A stretch of 64,000 bases of DNA from an uncultured Gemmatimonadaceae bacterium (GTDB lineage: Bacteria; Gemmatimonadota; Gemmatimonadetes; Gemmatimonadales; GWC2-71-9): positions 30,189 to 94,188 of the forward strand of contig CAYUYF010000003.1 of the NCBI GenBank assembly GCA_964449145.1, given 5' to 3'. Within the stretch, counting starts at the first letter, position 1, and each line of letters opens with the position of its first letter. Below are positions 11,086 to 18,526 of the stretch, one piece after another. The notes under the pieces are model-generated. The model saw only the letters and a list, made by a program, of their open reading frames with translations. It did no database searches and was not told where the DNA came from. The position numbers and the translations under genes are program-made.

Positions 11086-11114
11086 TTGCCTATCTCGTCT
11101 GTAAGCCTGAAAAT
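11086..11114 (+). promoter_or_regulatory. candidate sigma-70-type promoter inside the AT-rich island (TTGCCT-17 nt-GAAAAT)
   Basis: TTGCCT at 11086-11091, a 17-nt spacer, then GAAAAT at 11109-11114. This is a pattern match only. No protein-coding gene lies downstream on this strand. Confidence 0.3.
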
Positions 11115-11120
11115 GTAAGC

Positions 11121-11321
11121 TGTTATGTGACAAGCGGTTAAGAAAATGTGATCTATGGCACATCGCCTGCTACTCATTTCGGTCAACGGCGCACGAGGCG
11201 CCAACCGAAAGTGGCGGGCCGAAGAAGAGTGAAGCGGGCAATCTGTCCGTTTCGTCTAAACTCAGGGGGCGGTCTGCCACCCCACTTATGACAAACGCCG
11301 GCTCGAAAGAGCCGGCGTTTT
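11121..11321 (+). ncRNA. candidate structured small RNA of unknown class
   Basis: It lies between the candidate promoter and the terminator. There is a two-tier hairpin at 11177-11210 (TTTCGGT/ACCGAAA enclosing GGCGC/GCGCC). There is also a long-range stem pairing 11211-11221 with 11270-11280 (GTGGCGGGCCG / CGGTCTGCCAC, with G-U pairs). It ends in a GAAA-tetraloop terminator hairpin. I found no convincing ORF. I could not match it to a known RNA family by eye. Confidence 0.3.
11293..11321. terminator. bidirectional intrinsic terminator hairpin
   Basis: AAACGCCGGCTC-GAAA-GAGCCGGCGTTT forms a roughly 12-bp stem with a GNRA loop. It is followed by TTTTG on the plus strand and TTTGT on the minus strand. 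It sits 30 nt downstream of the minus-strand FTR1 stop. Confidence 0.7.
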
Positions 11322-11350
11322 GTCGTGCCGTCGTACGGTCCCGCCGACCG

Positions 11351-13471
11351 TCAGGCGCCAGACCGCCTGGAGGAACTCTTCAGCAGCAGCCCCTTGAGTC
11401 GTTCCACCTCGGCGCGGAGCTGGGCCAGATCGGTGTCCATGCGGTCCAGCGAGCGGAGGATGTCCTGTTCCAGACGCATCGGGCGCTCGGCTGGAATCGC
11501 CGCCGCCGGGGTCGGCGGTGGTCCTTCATCCGGTACCATCACCCGTGTCACCCGGAGCCGCCGGGGTTCGATGCCAAACGTCCAGAGGAGCCCCGCCAGC
11601 AGCAGCAGCAACAGCACGCCCTGGAGCGCCAGCGACTCGACGGTGGGATAGATCCCCAGGGCCGGCAGGCGCGGTGCCCAGGGAATGATGGTGGTCCCGA
11701 TGACTCCGCCCTCCTGCAGCTCGGCGATGCCCTTGCCGGCGAACACGAAGGCCATGTAGTAGAGGAAAGCGCTGGTGAACCCGAAGAACGGCTTCAACGG
11801 GATCCGGACTCCCCAGCGATTAATGGCGAAGTAGACCACCGCCAGCACCACGGAACCCACCAGCATCCCCACCAGCACCGGCACCGCCGACCCGGCGCTG
11901 GCGAGGAACAGCGCCTTGTAGAACAGCACCGTTTCAAACCCCTCCCGATACACCGCGAGGAAGGCCACGGAGGCGAGCGCCAGGGCCGAGCCGCTGGTGA
12001 CGGCGTCCTGCACCCGGCCCTTCACGAATCGATTCCACTTGGCCACCTCCATCTTGGAGAGCAGCCAGTAGCTCACGTAGAAGAGCATCACCGTCGCGAC
12101 GAGCATCACGCCGCCCTCCAGCGCCTCCTGCCGGGCCCGGCTGACCTGGAAAATGGTCTCCAGGAGCAGCGCCGTCAGCAGGCTGGCGCCGACGGCCGCG
12201 ACCACCCCGATGTGAAGGTCACGCCGCCGCGCCCCGGCTCCAGTCTTCACCAGGAACGTCATGAGCGCCCCGACCACCAGGATCGCCTCCAGGCCCTCCC
12301 GCAGGAGCAGCACGAACGACTGCAGGAACAGGTTGAGCGGCGAGAGCTGGTCACCCACGGTGCGCTCGGCGTTTTCGAGGTCCGACAGGAGGGAGGCATG
12401 GAGGGTTCGCAGTTCCGCCGGGGTGGCACCTCCCGCGGCCCGGGTGCGCAGGTTGGCGAATCCGGTCTCCAGCGCGTTGGCGAGTCCGGGATTCTTGGCT
12501 CGGATCCCGCGTTCGACCTGTTCGAAGGTCATGTACGCATCGAAGGCGACGCTGCTGGCCTGCTCGCCCTGACTTGCGCGGGCCAGGGCGAGCGCCGAGT
12601 CGAGCTGTTGGCGCACCCGGTCAAAGATCGGTCCGGCCACATCACTGTCGGTCTCTGCGGCGGCAAAGGTGCGGATCGCCGCGACGCGGGCTCGCACCTC
12701 CGGGGCCGCCGGGTCGAGGCCGGGTGAGGCGGCGGAGGCCAGGTCGGCGTCGGAGAGCCGGGCCGAACTTGCGAACTCCCGCAGGGCGGCGGGGACCTCG
12801 CCGCGGGGCGCCGGCAGCCGAAGGGTCGAGGCATACAGGGCGACCGCCCAGCGCTGTTCTGCGGTGAGCCGGTTCTCGTAGGCCGGCATCGCTGTGCCGG
12901 CCACGCCGATCGTAATGCGACGGTAGAAATCGAGCGGCGAAGCGGCCGCCAGACCGCGATAGTCGCTCAGATCAGCCGGGACCGGATCCAGGCCATGCGC
13001 CGCGGGGCCATCGCCCCGGCCGAGGGCGCCATGGCACGAGGCACACTGCATCTGGTACACCGCTGCCCCGACGCTGAGCGCCGGAGCCCGCGCGGGGATC
13101 TCATCGAGCGCGACGTTGAACCTGATGGCGAGAGCGCTCGAGATGGTCCGGGCCAGGAGCGCCACGCTGTCCGGCGGGGCGGTGCGGCCAACCATGGCCA
13201 GCAACCGGTCCAGATCCCCAATGACTTCGCGGCCCGCCTCAAGCGGCAGCAGCCCGGCAGTGCGCCTCGCCTCGGTGAGAAAGAGCCGGGCCTCATCCAC
13301 CTCCGGAGCGAGGACCACCCGTCCATCCTTCACCCCGAGCCCGTACTCCTGTGCGGCAAGCGCCGTGGTCGCGGCGATGCGCCGCACGGTGGCGGTCTGA
13401 TCGTCCTGCGGTCCCGCCAGGGGCAGGGCGAGAAGCGCGGCGATTATTGGGACCGCAGAGATGAGAAGCAT
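11351..13471 (-). CDS. cytochrome c / FTR1-family iron permease fusion protein
   Basis: Signal peptide (MLLISAVPIIAALLALPLAG), heme-c motif CASCHG, then a 7-TM FTR1 domain carrying both RExxE iron motifs (LLREGLEAIL and VYREGFETVL). A roughly 70-aa C-terminal tail has a coiled-coil-like stretch (DTDLAQLRAEVERLKGLL). The track start is TTG 13477; ATG 13471 is taken here. Confidence 0.85.
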   Translation of the reverse strand: MLLISAVPIIAALLALPLAGPQDDQTATVRRIAATTALAAQEYGLGVKDGRVVLAPEVDEARLFLTEARRTAGLLPLEAGREVIGDLDRLLAMVGRTAPPDSVALLARTISSALAIRFNVALDEIPARAPALSVGAAVYQMQCASCHGALGRGDGPAAHGLDPVPADLSDYRGLAAASPLDFYRRITIGVAGTAMPAYENRLTAEQRWAVALYASTLRLPAPRGEVPAALREFASSARLSDADLASAASPGLDPAAPEVRARVAAIRTFAAAETDSDVAGPIFDRVRQQLDSALALARASQGEQASSVAFDAYMTFEQVERGIRAKNPGLANALETGFANLRTRAAGGATPAELRTLHASLLSDLENAERTVGDQLSPLNLFLQSFVLLLREGLEAILVVGALMTFLVKTGAGARRRDLHIGVVAAVGASLLTALLLETIFQVSRARQEALEGGVMLVATVMLFYVSYWLLSKMEVAKWNRFVKGRVQDAVTSGSALALASVAFLAVYREGFETVLFYKALFLASAGSAVPVLVGMLVGSVVLAVVYFAINRWGVRIPLKPFFGFTSAFLYYMAFVFAGKGIAELQEGGVIGTTIIPWAPRLPALGIYPTVESLALQGVLLLLLLAGLLWTFGIEPRRLRVTRVMVPDEGPPPTPAAAIPAERPMRLEQDILRSLDRMDTDLAQLRAEVERLKGLLLKSSSRRSGA

Positions 13472-13561
13472 TCTCAACCGATATTCTAGGGTGATACCAA
13501 ACTAGAGTCCCCACGTCGGAATTGGAAGAGGACCGCTGCTTTCCTCACTACCTTTCAGCCC

Positions 13562-15112
13562 ATGTTCACCATTCCCGCGATCGACCCAGCCACCGGCCAG
13601 GTCTTCGGCGAAACCCCGTGCACGGAGCTGGCCGAGATCCCCCGGCTGGTGGCCCGGGCCAGGCTGGCCCAGCGGGACTGGGCCGCCCTGCCCCTTGGCG
13701 AACGCAGACGGGTCATCGCCCGGTTCCAGCGGCTGCTGTACCGGCGGCGGGGCGAGATGGCGGAATTGATCAGCCGTGAAAACGGCAAGCCGGTGGGAGA
13801 GGCGCTGCTCACCGATGTCGCGGTCACGCTCGACCTGGCCCGGTATTACCTGCGGCACGCCGAGCGAATCCTTCGGCCCGCTCGGGTACGGCCGGCCAAC
13901 CTCGCCATGCTGGGGCGGCACGGGCGGGTGCATTGGGAGCCGATGGGTGTGCTGGCGATCATCTCCCCGTGGAACTATCCGCTGCTGCTGCCCTTCGGGG
14001 AGATCATCGCCGGCCTGCTGGCCGGCAACGCTACCCTGCTCAAGCCCAGCGAGTTCACCACCCGCTGTGCCGTGCTGGGCGTCTCGCTGCTGCACGAGGC
14101 CGGACTGCCTCCCGACCTGTGCCAGGTGATCGTCGGCGGCGGCGATGCCGGCCGGGGACTCATGGACGCAGGTCCCGACAAGGTCTTCTTCACCGGCAGC
14201 GTGGCCACCGGCCGCAAGGTCGCCGTCCGGGCGGCAGAGCAGCTGATCCCGATCAACCTCGAGCTGGGCGGGAGCGATCCCGGCATCGTGCTGGCGGACG
14301 CCGACCTCGAGCGCGCCGCCAGCGGGATCCTGTGGGCCCGATTCACCAACGGCGGCCAGACCTGCGTGGCGGTCAAGCGGCTGATCGTCGAGCGGCCGGC
14401 GTACGAGCGCATGGTGCAGCTGGTCGTGGCCGGGACGCAGGCGCTGCAGCTGGGGCATGGGCTCGTGCCCGGGAGCGATGTCGGCCCGCTGATCCGCGAG
14501 AGCCAGCTCCGGGAACTCGAGCGCCAGGTTGCCGCGACGGTGGCGCTGGGCGCCCGGGTGCGGACTGGAGGCCGGCGCCGGCCCGACCTGGGACCCACGT
14601 TCTTCGAGCCGACGGTAGTGACCGAGCTGTCGCTGGACGCGCCGCTGTGGCGTGAGGAGGTCTTCGGGCCGGTGCTGCCGATCGTCCCGGCGGACGATGC
14701 CGAGCACGCGCTCCGGCTCGCCAACGACAGTCACTTCGGTCTCTCCGGCAGTGTGTGGACCAGGGACCGCGCGCGGGGACGGTCGCTGGCCCGACGCCTG
14801 CAAGTGGGAGCGGTGATGGTGAACGACGCGGCCGCTCATGTGGGCATCGCCGAAGTACCCCACGGCGGCGAGAAGCAATCGGGGCTGGGGCGTACCCACG
14901 GCGAACACGGACTGCTGGAGACCTGCCGGCCACGATACGTCGGGGGGGACTGGCTCGACTGGATGCACAAACCGTGGTGGTTCGGCTACCACGCCGAGAG
15001 CCTGGGAGACCGGGACGACTTCCTGCGACTGGCCTTTGCGCCGCGCTGGTGGGACCGGATCAAGGCGCTGCCTGGCGTCCTGGGCCTGCTGCGCAACCGC
15101 CGCAGGATCTAG
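13562..15112 (+). CDS. NAD(P)-dependent aldehyde dehydrogenase family protein
   Basis: 516-aa ORF. It has WNYPLLL, FTGSVATGRKV, ELGGSDP, the catalytic-Cys region FTNGGQTCVAVKR, and EEVFGPVLPI. Confidence 0.9.
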   Translation: MFTIPAIDPATGQVFGETPCTELAEIPRLVARARLAQRDWAALPLGERRRVIARFQRLLYRRRGEMAELISRENGKPVGEALLTDVAVTLDLARYYLRHAERILRPARVRPANLAMLGRHGRVHWEPMGVLAIISPWNYPLLLPFGEIIAGLLAGNATLLKPSEFTTRCAVLGVSLLHEAGLPPDLCQVIVGGGDAGRGLMDAGPDKVFFTGSVATGRKVAVRAAEQLIPINLELGGSDPGIVLADADLERAASGILWARFTNGGQTCVAVKRLIVERPAYERMVQLVVAGTQALQLGHGLVPGSDVGPLIRESQLRELERQVAATVALGARVRTGGRRRPDLGPTFFEPTVVTELSLDAPLWREEVFGPVLPIVPADDAEHALRLANDSHFGLSGSVWTRDRARGRSLARRLQVGAVMVNDAAAHVGIAEVPHGGEKQSGLGRTHGEHGLLETCRPRYVGGDWLDWMHKPWWFGYHAESLGDRDDFLRLAFAPRWWDRIKALPGVLGLLRNRRRI

Positions 15113-15501
15113 CGGGCGGGCCGGGTCACCACCGCGACCGCACCGGCCGTGGCGTCGGAGTGGGAGAGGGACAGCGCGATCCTCAGGGGACCGTGGCGCT
15201 GGGTCAGCTCCAGCGCCAGACCGTGCAGCGTGAGGTAGGGCCGGCCTTCGGTCTCCCGCTCCACCTCCATGTCCTGCCAGCTCACCGCCCGCGCTCCCGG
15301 CAGCGCCTGCAGCGCCTTGTAGGCTGCCTCCTTGGCCGCGATGCGCGCGGCGATATGCATGGCGGGCCGGTGTTTCTGCACTACGTACTCGCGTTCCCGG
15401 GCGGTGAGGAACCGGGCGATGACCCGGTCCCCGTGGCGCGCCATCATCCGTTCCACCCGGGCAATGTCCACCAGGTCAATGCCGACGCCGATCAGTTCCA
15501 T
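15109..15501 (-). CDS. acpS: holo-[acyl-carrier-protein] synthase
   Basis: Internal ATG (MELIGVGIDLVDIARVE) of track ORF 15109..15756. FLTAREREY and AAKEAAYKAL are present, and the 130-aa size fits AcpS. Its stop overlaps the convergent aldehyde dehydrogenase stop. Confidence 0.9.
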   Translation of the reverse strand: MELIGVGIDLVDIARVERMMARHGDRVIARFLTAREREYVVQKHRPAMHIAARIAAKEAAYKALQALPGARAVSWQDMEVERETEGRPYLTLHGLALELTQRHGPLRIALSLSHSDATAGAVAVVTRPAR

Positions 15502-16259
15502 CGGGCCCACATCGCTTCGGCAAGGGGTCGGAGCGGAGCCGGCACCGGGAGATAGCCTCCCAGCACCAGGCCGGCGCAGAGCGCCAGGCCGAACAGCAGC
15601 ACCCCCGCGACCAGCAGCGGCCACCCCGGCCGCCGCCAGCGGCGGATGTCGTCCGCCTCGGCATCCCACTCCCGGCCTTCGCGAGCCAGCGCCTCCTCCA
15701 GGCCGAGCCAGGCCGCCTCGAGGCGCCGGGCCAGGGTGAGCAGCGCCTCCTGCCACGCCAGCACCGCCGCCGGCGTGGCGCGGTCGCTCCGGGCCGCGGA
15801 AAGCGCCCGGTCCAGCCGGACCAGTGCCTCCCGCAATCCGGCGTCGCCCTGGGAGAGCCGGGCGGCGATGGCGTGGACCTCGGCATCCTCGAGGGGCAGC
15901 CGGCGGGCGTGGCGCGGCGGAAGCCTGGCCTCCCGGGCCGCGGCGGCCAGCCGCAGGTTCACCTGCTCCGCCACCCGCTCCGCCACGGCGCGCACGGTGC
16001 GCACCCAGACCTGCTCCAGCGCCGCGTGGGTGAGGGTGGTCAGGGCCAGCTCGCGGTCTCCCTCGCGGGCCCAGCGCCGCGCGTCGCCGGCATGATCGAA
16101 GACCTGGGAGACCATCGTGATCCGGAGATCGTCAATGGGGACCCACCCGGACGTGGCGCCCGGGACCGGCGGGGGCGGCGCCACCAGGCGGCCCAGCGCC
16201 GGCCCCAGTTCGGGGATGATGAGCAACGGCCGGGCGGTGCCGGTCACACCGACCTCCAT
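15492..16259 (-). CDS. hypothetical tail-anchored membrane protein
   Basis: 255-aa ORF chained by overlaps to CYTH (upstream) and acpS (downstream). About 205 aa are Ala/Arg/Leu/Glu-rich and predicted helical. A single TM segment (WPLLVAGVLLFGLALCAGLVLGGYL) sits near the C-terminus. I recognised no family motif. Confidence 0.6.
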   Translation of the reverse strand: MEVGVTGTARPLLIIPELGPALGRLVAPPPPVPGATSGWVPIDDLRITMVSQVFDHAGDARRWAREGDRELALTTLTHAALEQVWVRTVRAVAERVAEQVNLRLAAAAREARLPPRHARRLPLEDAEVHAIAARLSQGDAGLREALVRLDRALSAARSDRATPAAVLAWQEALLTLARRLEAAWLGLEEALAREGREWDAEADDIRRWRRPGWPLLVAGVLLFGLALCAGLVLGGYLPVPAPLRPLAEAMWARWN

Positions 16260-16849
16260 GTCGGTGGTTCATCCCGAAGGTCGGCCTCTGCCAGCACCGC
16301 GGGACGGCCCGTCCGCGTCTCGTAGCGGGCGGTGAAGCAAGGCAGCGCCTCGGGCAGGCAGTCCCCCCGGGGCAGCCCCAGCCGGGTGATCGCCGCCTCC
16401 ATGCCGGCCGGCTCCCCCTCGATCTCCGCCAGCACGTCCATCCGGGGATACCACTCCAGCCGGACCACCGTGCCTGACAATTGGTAGATCTCCACGAACC
16501 GGTCGATGACCTGCACCGGCCGGTACCCCAGGGCGTCCAGCACCGCCAGCAGCGACGGCCCGTCCGCTGCGTGGCACTCCAGCTCCTCTCGGTGCTTGTA
16601 CCCCTCGGGGCTCACACTCCCCGGACCCTTCCAGCCCAGAACTGTGCCGGCGTCCGTCCCGGCCGGCTCGCGGGTCTCGTAACTGCGCACCCGCAGCACC
16701 TCGTCCCGGGCGGCGAGCGCCCCCGCGTGGTCCAGGCGCCGGTCCCGCATCATGCCCCGAAAGGTGCAGCTGGCCCCGGCGGCACGCAGCCGGTCCCGCA
16801 GGGCGCCCGGATCCGCCACGGCCGTCTTGAGCTCCAGCTCACTCGCCAA
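16244..16849 (-). CDS. CYTH-domain protein (CyaB-like class IV adenylate cyclase / triphosphate tunnel metalloenzyme family)
   Basis: The signature ExExK (ELELK) follows immediately after TTG 16849, which is preceded by GGAGG-6 nt. The rest (LRVRSY, KGPGSV, HREELE, VRLEWYP.MDVLAEIEG) fits the CYTH beta-barrel pattern. The upstream 44 codons of track ORF 16244..16981 overlap the HAD gene and are Pro/Arg-rich. Confidence 0.75.
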   Translation of the reverse strand: MASELELKTAVADPGALRDRLRAAGASCTFRGMMRDRRLDHAGALAARDEVLRVRSYETREPAGTDAGTVLGWKGPGSVSPEGYKHREELECHAADGPSLLAVLDALGYRPVQVIDRFVEIYQLSGTVVRLEWYPRMDVLAEIEGEPAGMEAAITRLGLPRGDCLPEALPCFTARYETRTGRPAVLAEADLRDEPPTWRSV

Positions 16850-17537
16850 GGATCGCCTCCAGCACCCGGGCGGTCTCCGAGAGATCGGCAAAGGCGGCAT
16901 GGGCCCCGGCCCGGGAGAGGTCCGACACCGAATAGGCGCCGGTGGCCACCCCGATGGCGCGGGCGCCGATGTCCCGGCCACAGGTCACGTCGGCGGGAGT
17001 ATCGCCGATGATCACGACGGCGTGGCCGCGCGGCTCCCGCCCGAAGAAGGGCAGCGCCCGGCGGGCGGCGATAGCAGGCAGCTCGGGCCGGTGGGCGGAG
17101 TCGGACCCGTACGCCCCGACCCGAAACCGCGCAGGGGTGATGCCCGCCGCGCCGAGCTTGAGCGCGGCGCCGGCGGCCATGTTGCCGGTCAGCAGGCCGA
17201 GCAGGACCGAGGCCTGACACTCCAGCGCATCGAGCAACTCGGGGACGCCGGGCATGACGGTCGTCACGGAGCGCGGCTGGCGCAGCTCTTCCTCCAGCAG
17301 CCCCACGTACCGGTGGCAGACCTCCTGGATGAACGTCGGGTCGGCGGCTGCGGGGTGGCCGGCCAGGACCAGCAGCTCGCTGACGATCTGGGGGTCGGTC
17401 TTTCCGTCGAACCGCACCCGGTCGAAGGCCGCGTGCTCGGCCATCTCGTCGGCCAGCGCGGCCGTCAGGGCGCGGCGGCCCGCGCCGGCGGTCAGCAGGA
17501 GGGTTCCGTCGATGTCGAGCAGGACCAGCTTGTTCAT
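16839..17537 (-). CDS. HAD-superfamily hydrolase (phosphoglycolate phosphatase-like, subfamily IA)
   Basis: Internal ATG (MNKLVLLDIDGTLL, DxDGT motif I) of track ORF 16839..18386. LLTGN is motif II and IIGDTPADV is motif IV. The ATG overlaps the NlpC/P60 stop (ATGA). Confidence 0.85.
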   Translation of the reverse strand: MNKLVLLDIDGTLLLTAGAGRRALTAALADEMAEHAAFDRVRFDGKTDPQIVSELLVLAGHPAAADPTFIQEVCHRYVGLLEEELRQPRSVTTVMPGVPELLDALECQASVLLGLLTGNMAAGAALKLGAAGITPARFRVGAYGSDSAHRPELPAIAARRALPFFGREPRGHAVVIIGDTPADVTCGRDIGARAIGVATGAYSVSDLSRAGAHAAFADLSETARVLEAILGE

Positions 17538-18319
17538 TCCACCCGCCTTACCGCCACCAGCTGTGTGCGCAGGACCATCGCCCGGCTGCCCGGCCCCCAC
17601 GGCTCCATGACCAGCCCGCCACAGGCGACGGTCGAGTGGATCAGGGTGTCGCTGGGGCCCTGGAAGGCCACGTGGGTGATGCGGTCGCCGCGCTCGCTGA
17701 AGAAGAGCAGGTCGCCGGGCCGCTGATCGCCGGGCGCGACGGCGTGCCCCGCCGACACCTGCTGGGCAGCATCGCGGGGGAGGATCACATCCCGGGCGAG
17801 GAAGGTGGTCTGCACCAGGCCGGAGCAGTCCACCCCCCACGGCGTCAGGCCGCCCCACTGGTAGGGCGTGCCGGCGAAGGTGCGCAGCGCCCAGAGATCG
17901 GGGGAGGAGGCGCGGGCCCGGGCGGTGACCCGCGGGAACGGAGTGACGGCGCCGGCGATGACGACGCCGCGGCGTCCGTCCGGAAGGTCCACGTGGGGGT
18001 GGGCGAAGCCGACGCGGGACCGCACCGGCAGCCTGACAATGGCGCCGTCGTCCACCCGCACCACCGCGCCCTCGCTCCAGCCCCCGGCGGAGTCGCGCCA
18101 GGCCCGGGCGATCTCGTGGTCCGTCTCCAGCGCATAACCGCGGTGGATCCAGCCCTCGTAGCGATCCTGGTCGAGGCGCACCCGGCGCCACTCCCCGTGG
18201 GCCTCGACCACCCGGGCTGTTTCTCCGAGGACGAGCTGGGTGACCTGCTCGGCCCTGAGGCTCGGCTCGCGGTGCACCGGGGCGACCCCGGCAAGGCCGA
18301 TGAGCGACGTCGTGCTCAC
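17534..18319 (-). CDS. NlpC/P60 (C40) peptidase with N-terminal SH3b-like domains, YkfC-like. No signal peptide is seen.
   Basis: Catalytic region YQWGGLTPWGVDCSGLV ... ITHVAF ... LIHS. The N-terminal half has an SH3b-like pattern (VHREPSLRAEQVTQLVLGETARVVE). The start is taken as GTG 18319 because it overlaps the stop of the upstream small ORF (GTGA). The track start is 18364. Confidence 0.85.
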   Translation of the reverse strand: MSTTSLIGLAGVAPVHREPSLRAEQVTQLVLGETARVVEAHGEWRRVRLDQDRYEGWIHRGYALETDHEIARAWRDSAGGWSEGAVVRVDDGAIVRLPVRSRVGFAHPHVDLPDGRRGVVIAGAVTPFPRVTARARASSPDLWALRTFAGTPYQWGGLTPWGVDCSGLVQTTFLARDVILPRDAAQQVSAGHAVAPGDQRPGDLLFFSERGDRITHVAFQGPSDTLIHSTVACGGLVMEPWGPGSRAMVLRTQLVAVRRVE

Positions 18320-18477
18320 TTGCCCTGGCACTCGCGGCAACGCACCACACCCTTGAAGGTGCACATGAGGCAGATGAACGTGCCACAGCCCTGGCAGGGG
18401 TAGCCTTCCGACGCCCGCTCCTCCTGGCCGCAGGCGCGACAGGTCATGGCATCCTTTTCTTTCGTTTCGGTCTTCAT
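18316..18477 (-). CDS. small (53 aa) cysteine-rich protein with four CxxC motifs (putative double zinc-binding module); not in the ORF track
   Basis: My translation of the minus strand is MKTETKEKDAMTCRACGQEERASEGYPCQGCGTFICLMCTFKGVVRCRECQGK*. GGAGG lies 5 nt upstream of the ATG. The stop overlaps the NlpC/P60 GTG. It sits 49 nt downstream of the response regulator stop. Confidence 0.6.
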   Translation of the reverse strand: MKTETKEKDAMTCRACGQEERASEGYPCQGCGTFICLMCTFKGVVRCRECQGK

Positions 18478-18526
18478 GGGACCTCCACCTGTGGGGCCCG
18501 GTCCCGGGGGACGGGGCGGTGCATCG

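Noticed and set aside
11155-11232. 25-codon ORF (MAHRLLLISVNGARGANRKWRAEEE) inside the AT-rich island.
   Set aside because: It has no SD and no hydrophobic or Cys pattern. The sequence coincides with the strongest predicted RNA hairpin, so a structural RNA role is more plausible than a peptide.
11133-11303. Two similar direct segments, TTATGTGACAAGCGG (about 11133-11149) and TTATGACAAACGCCGG (about 11286-11303), flanking the candidate sRNA; considered as possible insertion footprints.
   Set aside because: The similarity is short and imperfect. The second copy is part of the terminator stem. There is no associated mobile-element gene. It is probably coincidental.
11288-12727. 479-aa plus-strand ORF antisense to the FTR1 permease. 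The same problem applies to 13502-14992 (minus), 18446-19957 (plus), 29638-31881 (minus), 31413-33662 (minus), 35485-36780 (minus), 44781-46292 (minus), 51217-53541 (plus) and 61316-62872 (minus).
   Set aside because: All are antisense shadows of genes with unambiguous motifs. Their sequences are dominated by R/G/P/A/H runs and have no membrane, catalytic or binding motifs.
18370-18385. Sigma-54-like element TGGCACGTTCATCTGC on the minus strand.
   Set aside because: The GG-to-GC spacing is one nucleotide too long relative to TGGCACG-N4-TTGC. The -12 element is TCTGC rather than TTGC. The element lies inside the coding sequence of the small Cys-rich ORF (codons for CGTFICL). Other TGGCAC occurrences (for example near 35375, 36465, 53118, 55875) lack any -12 element.
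16839-18386. Single 515-aa ORF suggesting one large protein.
   Set aside because: Only the last 232 codons (from MNKLVLLDIDGT) look like a real protein (HAD). The upstream 283 codons are a Pro/Arg/Gly-rich out-of-frame shadow of the NlpC/P60 gene, which is read in another frame (17534-18319).
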